DNA of 64,000 nt from Marsupella aquatica (taxonomy: Eukaryota; Plantae; Marchantiophyta), in assembly GCA_973895155.1 (NCBI GenBank), contig OZ316899.1, positions 15,837,974 to 15,901,973 of the forward strand, given 5' to 3'. The position numbers were made by a program, and so were the translations under genes. This document shows positions 58,655 through 64,000 of this stretch, in pieces. The first letter of the stretch is position 1. Each line of letters begins with the position of its first letter. The notes below the pieces were generated by a model. That model saw only the letters and a program-made list of their open reading frames with translations. It searched no databases and was not told the DNA's origin.

Positions 58655-61554
58655 TTAGCCGTTTCATCCAATTGGTCTACATCCTTAACTTCCTCCGGAA
58701 TTGCAGCTAAAAAGGTGGATTCTATTGTAAAGCAGTCCTCGACCTCTTCGTCTTCTTCTTCCAAGTCACCTTCCATTGGTTCTTGCCATAATCCGCTGGG
58801 GGGTACCTCTGGTCCAAAGACACCTTCTTCGGTTAGGTTAGTGAAGCATTCTAACCAACGTACTTCATCGGCTGACTCCAGTCCACTATCGTACCCATCT
58901 ACTTCCCTTATGCTTTTCCTACGGTCATCCTTAGTGTCCCAGGATACCGTGATAGAGGGGGTCCCGAAAGTGAACTGCTTTTTACCCCAATCTTCTATTA
59001 CCTCGGCTAGGTACAGCCATGGCCTACCAATCAATAGCCGGAATGACGTAGGATTTACCGGCTTCATTACTACATAGTTAATGCTAAAGAAGATACCTCC
59101 TATCTCTGTCTTGATGCCGGTTAACACTCCCGTCGGAATGACCTGATATCCATTGGCCATGTTCAACACTCTTCCAGTCATCTCCGGTGTTAGACCCCAC
59201 CCTTTTGCTGTTGAATCAATCATAATACATACCCCTGATCCTCCATCGATGGGTACCCGTAGTAATAATTCTCCTTGAATCATTAATGGTAATGCTGGGG
59301 CTCCTTGATCTTCTTCTATCATTAGTACGTCGGATCTGGTTGCTACCTTGGGTAATCTCGGCTTGCCGAGAATAGCCTTCCTTAATTGCTTCCGGAAGTA
59401 CGGGCTATTTTTCAATAGTTGACCTACTGTTGCCGAGACTCTAGATTCTAGTACATCTTTAGCCAGGTCATAGGGAACAATCGGCTTCTCTTCTGGTGGT
59501 GTTTCCGTCTTGGATTCGGCCAGTTTTGCCACGCTAGTCTCCACAGCTGTTGGGTCTTCCGAAGCAAACAATGCTTTTGCTCGTTTTACATCCTTGGCAA
59601 TGGCTTCGGTATTCTCCAGGGTTTCTAATTCTCTTAGTTGTTCCTTAACACTAGCCGTAACAGAGGGGTAGAACAACTTAGGATGATCTCGATTGAAGTC
59701 GCTATCTTGTGAAGGATTGGTTTCACTGGTGGGCTCATGGCTTACCTGTATTGCCGGAGCCCTCCCTTCTCCTTCTGTTGATGTTGACGAAGAGTCGATC
59801 CTTTCCTTCGTAACCTTCCCTTTATTTTTGGCCAGCCCATCCCACCTTTCCTTCCTTCTGGTAGATCGAGTAGAGACCCGGTAGCAATCATGATCTAAAT
59901 CCTCCTCTGAGAAGGTTGATAGGGCTTCGGCCTCATCATCAGATGGTACGAACTCTGCCTCGGCATCCTCTTGCCATCCTAGTTCGATGTGGTTGATTTG
60001 AACTCCTCCGGGGGTAGTACCTGGCGGTAAGATCTTGATCGGCAAAAGCTTATGATTTGCGGCCAGGCCTGCCAACCAAGTAGGACATTGCCCTAGCATA
60101 TGACCTTCCTGTCGGCATCCCATACATAGCTGAGCTGGTTGTCCATCACCCTGTTTGCGTGCATTCGGGCATTCTCTAGCAAAATGGCCAGGTTGACCAC
60201 AATTATAGCACGCCGCAAATCTTTGCACATTTGGCCTAGGAGGTACTGACGGGTTCTGAATAATCCGAGGATACATCTCTCCTGGATTGTTCCTTAACCC
60301 TGACCACAGAGATGCAGGTCTGTTGGATAGGTCTCGTGCTCCAGTCTCACTGATGCCGAAAACACTATCAGCGGCATCTCCCAAAAAGTACTCTACTTCT
60401 CCCTGACATGGTCTGATCTCGGCCACATGCCGAACATGATTAGTATTAAGCTTAGGACAAGCATCTTTATGGTGTCCGGTTTTATAACATAAGGCACACC
60501 ATACAGAGCTATCCTCCTGTACTACCTTCTTCTTTGGTTTTACCTCTGCAATGATAGCCTTAAGTTGCTCGGTAAGGGCTACGATGTTATCTGGTGGCTT
60601 AGCCTCCATCTTGACTTTCGTCTTCCCTCTCCTTCTGCCCTTCCTTTTCCTAGTTTTTTCTTCTTCAGAACTAGAAGATGACTCACTCTTGCTACTCCCA
60701 CTATTCGAGCTTGACTTATCACTTCTAGACTTCTTGGAATGTTTCTTCTTCTTATCTTTTTTCTTGTGGGGTGATCCCTCCTCTGATGAGGAACTCTCAG
60801 ACTTCAGCTGTTTCTTCCGGCTTGTGATATCTGCATTAATGTATAATTGAATATCCTTAATTGCTTCGGCTAAGGTCTCCGGGTTCTCCTTCCTAATTGC
60901 AAAACTCATCTTCTGTGGCAAAGCATTCACCAACCATTGAAGTTGCATACCTTCAGATGCATTGGTCTTTGTACGTCTTACCAGTTTCTGAAAGCGTTGC
61001 AAGAACTTCCTGAAGGATTTGTTCTCCTTGAACCGAAGTTGTCCCAACTTCAGCACTGCTAGTTCTGAAGTTCCAATGGGTCGAAACTCCTTAACAAAGA
61101 GTGTTTTGAAGATATCCCAGATGGCTTGATCTTCCACATCTAATGCTCTGTACCAAGGCCTAGCCTCACCCTTGAACAGGCCGGGAAGAATCTGCATCTT
61201 GATGGCCGATTCTCCATTTGCTGCAGCGGTTCCCTCGAAATCATCCAACCATTCGTCCGGATCCTCATCTCCTCTCCCATGAAATGCCTTGTAATGTATG
61301 CGCGACCGCTGGCTCAATCTGGTCCCTGGCCTCTCGTCTGGCCGTGCCTCTGGTTCCCCCATGTCGGTTGGAGACTCACTTCTCCTTACCGACTCTTCTT
61401 CTGGTATGTCTTCTTCGACGCCACTTCCAGTTTCGGAGCTACCAGCTCTTTCTGCCCCTCTCAGTCGCTGTGTATCATGCCACCCGGCGAGCTGCTGCAG
61501 TCGAGCTCTCTCCCGTTGAATCACTCTTTCTTCCCTCGGCGTAAGGTCAGTCAT
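58561..61554 (-). CDS. Gypsy gag-protease
   Basis: FHGRGDEDPDEWLDDFE capsid, three CCHC knuckles, aspartic protease IDGGSG. Confidence 0.95.
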   Translation of the reverse strand: MTDLTPREERVIQRERARLQQLAGWHDTQRLRGAERAGSSETGSGVEEDIPEEESVRRSESPTDMGEPEARPDERPGTRLSQRSRIHYKAFHGRGDEDPDEWLDDFEGTAAANGESAIKMQILPGLFKGEARPWYRALDVEDQAIWDIFKTLFVKEFRPIGTSELAVLKLGQLRFKENKSFRKFLQRFQKLVRRTKTNASEGMQLQWLVNALPQKMSFAIRKENPETLAEAIKDIQLYINADITSRKKQLKSESSSSEEGSPHKKKDKKKKHSKKSRSDKSSSNSGSSKSESSSSSEEEKTRKRKGRRRGKTKVKMEAKPPDNIVALTEQLKAIIAEVKPKKKVVQEDSSVWCALCYKTGHHKDACPKLNTNHVRHVAEIRPCQGEVEYFLGDAADSVFGISETGARDLSNRPASLWSGLRNNPGEMYPRIIQNPSVPPRPNVQRFAACYNCGQPGHFARECPNARKQGDGQPAQLCMGCRQEGHMLGQCPTWLAGLAANHKLLPIKILPPGTTPGGVQINHIELGWQEDAEAEFVPSDDEAEALSTFSEEDLDHDCYRVSTRSTRRKERWDGLAKNKGKVTKERIDSSSTSTEGEGRAPAIQVSHEPTSETNPSQDSDFNRDHPKLFYPSVTASVKEQLRELETLENTEAIAKDVKRAKALFASEDPTAVETSVAKLAESKTETPPEEKPIVPYDLAKDVLESRVSATVGQLLKNSPYFRKQLRKAILGKPRLPKVATRSDVLMIEEDQGAPALPLMIQGELLLRVPIDGGSGVCIMIDSTAKGWGLTPEMTGRVLNMANGYQVIPTGVLTGIKTEIGGIFFSINYVVMKPVNPTSFRLLIGRPWLYLAEVIEDWGKKQFTFGTPSITVSWDTKDDRRKSIREVDGYDSGLESADEVRWLECFTNLTEEGVFGPEVPPSGLWQEPMEGDLEEEDEEVEDCFTIESTFLAAIPEEVKDVDQLDETAKWGAVAGTVDFLQAFWQSRRGPQRHRSSARN
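58624..58630 (-). promoter_or_regulatory. Putative -1 ribosomal frameshift site G_GAU_UUU
   Basis: Lies in the gag/pol overlap, in the gag frame, with pol in the -1 frame. Followed by the complementary pairs GGCGUU/AACGCC and GCCGA/UCGGC. Confidence 0.72.
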
Positions 61555-61601
61555 TACCTACGCTTCCGTTCTAACTTCATATCTCACGGCTTAAGAAATG
61601 C

Positions 61602-61619
61602 CCCCTCCATCTAGCGCCA
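61602..61619 (-). promoter_or_regulatory. Primer binding site
   Basis: TGGCGCTAGATGGAGGGG, 4 nt inside the 5' LTR end. Confidence 0.8.
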
Positions 61620-61623
61620 AAAA

Positions 61624-64000
61624 TGTGGTGCGTCCCATGGCTCCCTAAACCCAAGAAACCCCCCAGCTCAAGCCGATTCCCGCAGGTTTCGCGCTTGGCG
61701 AGGCCGTTTCCGCGGCTTAGCGGCATGGGACGCTGCTAACCTTCTACTACTACTATTAACATTTTACACACATATACTGGACAGATCCTTCATCGGGTCA
61801 TGAGATACGTAGCCGGCCTAATATAGGCCTTCCCCTGTCTTCCCCTGTCTTCCCCTCCGTCTTGTTAGGTATGTTTGGATTCCGCCGCCGGAATGATCCC
61901 CAATAGGCTTGGTTAAGCCGCTAAGACCTCTCTTAGCTCGACACATCCAACTCTCACTCCCCTGCTTACTTTCCTTCTTTCTGTTGATGTGGGCACTCTT
62001 CACACAAGTTAATGCGACACACAAATAGCAAAATGACTCATTCTGACTGAGTCATACCATGCACTTGCCATACAAACAGTACATCTCATACACAAGTTCT
62101 ACGAACTAAGCCGTGAGGCCAACTCTATTCAGCTCTTAGGCATGAGGAAACATGAATATACACAAGGGTCACTGTATGACTAACCGAGAGCTTCTCGTAC
62201 TACTTGATCCCAGCCCGGCTGGTGCAAACTAAAAACTTGCTAAAGAAGAGGCCCTGAGCTCCCCGCTGCCCAGGTACTTATCCTGGTAGTGGATCCGCCA
62301 TTCTTTGCATCGTAAGCCTAATCTACTTAACAGTAATCTACTTGCCCGAATCTACCTATGTACAGCAAGGCAGGAGCACAAGTGTTGCTCCTACCAGTGG
62401 GACCGCAATCCCACTAAGCTAAGTGTCAGGGCCGCTCCTGGTTCTGATCCTAATCCTAAACGTGGAGATCCGTGCCCGCCCTGCCCACTCACGCCTCCTC
62501 CCTCCACGTCCGCCCTCCCTAAAAGGAACGGCGCCCTTGCACCGTCACGACACCGGTGGTGGATCCTCAATGGACGCCCCCAACACTTCCTCCTCAGCCA
62601 CTGCCGTTGGCCCGCCTACTGACAGATTACCTGCCCTTGACCGAGTCAACTCTCCCTCGGCCTGACTGGGTCCACCTTCGGCTTCAGCCTCGACACCGGC
62701 CTCGGCAATACCCACGGCTTCGGCTTCAGCCACCCCCACGGCTTCGGCTTCAGCCACTCCCTCGGCTTCGGCCTCCCCTTCCCCTAGGGTAGTTGGATCC
62801 TTAGCTGTGACCCTGTCTGGGGTCGGTGCCGGGTCTACCTCCTTGATCACCACGGCCTGTGAAGTCGTATTACTCCTTGACCCTGAAGGTTTCCGCTTCT
62901 TCTTCGTTGGTGGCTCGGCAGCTGGTCCCTTCCCCTTCCCACTTACCTCCGGCACTGGTGCAGGTGGCGCGGCTTGTCCTTCGGCAATTACCACCCCTGG
63001 TAACTGGTTTGTCCCAACAGGAGATGGACCTGCTGCAGCTAAGCATTTAAATACTGCGGCTTGTTTCTTCAGCCGCTCTGTTTGGTTGTCGGCCCGCCGC
63101 TGTAGGTTCTCCATCTTCCTCGTGATTTCCTCCAACTCCTCTTGGGTTTCATCCAGGTCCTTACGTGCCCCCTCCAGCTCGTTTTTGGCCTCCTCCTGCT
63201 CCCTGTGGGCTTCCTCCAATTCCTTCTTCAAGGTAGCCTTCTCCTCCTGGGTTGCTCTTAGCTCCTTGTCGAGCTCTGCAATGATGACAGACTCCATCTG
63301 GTTCATCTTGGCGTAAGTCTGTTCGAGCATCTCGTCCTTCTCCCTTAGGTCGGCCTTGAAGCTGGCCGTCAGGGACGCAAGCTCCTGCTGCAGCGCCATA
63401 ATCCCTTGATAGGATTTCCCTAACTCGACCTCCTTCTGCTCAAGGGCTCCGCGGATTTTCTCGAGCTCCCCTTTCAACGCCCATTCCTTTCTTTGGGTCT
63501 CCGCCATGGCCCGGCTGTTGGCTGTTATGTGGGCCTCCTCTGTATTCTTCAGCTCTTGCTTCCACTTTTCCCTTTCTTTGATCGTGTCGGCCAACTCTTC
63601 CTGCGTCTGAGTCAGTTTATCCTTGATATTCTGATTATCAGCCTGCGCGGCGTCCAACTGCCCCTGCATGATGTTCAGCTCATGTCGTTTAATCCGCAGT
63701 TCATCTTGGGCTTTCTTGGCCGCCCTTAGATCTTCAATCTCGGCTTCCATCCTCCTAAGCCGCCGAATGACCTCGTCCTTCTTGCTTCTCTCTAAAGCCA
63801 CCGCTTCTTCTAATTGGTGCTTCTCCAACTGCTCCCTATGGAAAAAGGGTCCTACCTCCAACTCCTCTCCAAAGATGCCGAGCGCAAGTTCCCCACACAT
63901 CTCACCATACTCCATGGCTCTATTCTTAGCGTAGGTGGAGTAAGTAGAAGTGATCGGCATCGCCCATCGTGGCCTCTGCTCCCAAGCCGTCCTGCGGATC
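61624..64000 (-). repeat. 5' LTR (partial; runs off the window)
   Basis: Near-identical to the sequence from 50743 at an offset of 10881. Confidence 0.95.
62545..64000 (-). CDS. C-terminal part of the LTR-embedded ORF, open to the window edge
   Basis: Identical 471 aa; the frame stays open upstream because the codon is CGA instead of TGA. Confidence 0.85.
   Translation of the reverse strand, partial: IRRTAWEQRPRWAMPITSTYSTYAKNRAMEYGEMCGELALGIFGEELEVGPFFHREQLEKHQLEEAVALERSKKDEVIRRLRRMEAEIEDLRAAKKAQDELRIKRHELNIMQGQLDAAQADNQNIKDKLTQTQEELADTIKEREKWKQELKNTEEAHITANSRAMAETQRKEWALKGELEKIRGALEQKEVELGKSYQGIMALQQELASLTASFKADLREKDEMLEQTYAKMNQMESVIIAELDKELRATQEEKATLKKELEEAHREQEEAKNELEGARKDLDETQEELEEITRKMENLQRRADNQTERLKKQAAVFKCLAAAGPSPVGTNQLPGVVIAEGQAAPPAPVPEVSGKGKGPAAEPPTKKKRKPSGSRSNTTSQAVVIKEVDPAPTPDRVTAKDPTTLGEGEAEAEGVAEAEAVGVAEAEAVGIAEAGVEAEAEGGPSQAEGELTRSRAGNLSVGGPTAVAEEEVLGASIEDPPPVS

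Larger units (their letters stand above)
50743..64000 (-). mobile_element. Young non-chromovirus Ty3/gypsy element with 4.66-kb LTRs (predicted to end near 66280)
   Basis: Intact gag-pro and pol; PBS and PPT present. 50743-53119 matches 61624-64000 with only two differences noticed. No chromodomain or extra RNase H seen. Confidence 0.95.

Noticed and set aside
50743-64000. Two tandem elements sharing a short LTR
   Set aside because: The only PPT + TG junction with matching inverted termini that I found is at 55399, which favours one long LTR. Final proof lies outside the window.

Overview
Eukaryotic, plant-type DNA (GT-AG introns, TTTAGGG tracts, plant retroelement lineages; a bryophyte-like origin is a guess), made almost entirely of nested transposons with no intact host gene. 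All domain calls are by-eye motif recognition; no searches were run. From left to right: (i) a Ty1/copia Bianca-type element (1-4947, minus strand) whose gag 5' half is inverted; (ii) remnants of an old CACTA, interrupted by a 5.1-kb solo-LTR-like insertion and by a second CACTA whose end is at 12170; (iii) an apparently unclassified ~14.2-kb DNA transposon (17251-48434 once a nested insertion is removed); (iv) a 17-kb CACTA (30327-47297, AAC TSD) inserted into (iii), carrying EDM2-like PHD fingers, tandem BRCT domains and an RPL18a exon; (v) a very young Ty3/gypsy element with 4.66-kb LTRs that contain a ~1219-codon ORF, plus a -1 frameshift site and a central PPT copy. Element (iii) is the best candidate for an undescribed system. 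It has 26-bp TIRs that begin and end with GATC and a ~11-bp TSD. It encodes a Sola-like DDD transposase divergent from a ParB/Srx-like + N6A/N4C-methyltransferase-like + FCP1-like phosphatase gene. About ten copies of a 23-bp palindrome lie in its non-coding DNA. This copy is pseudogenised.
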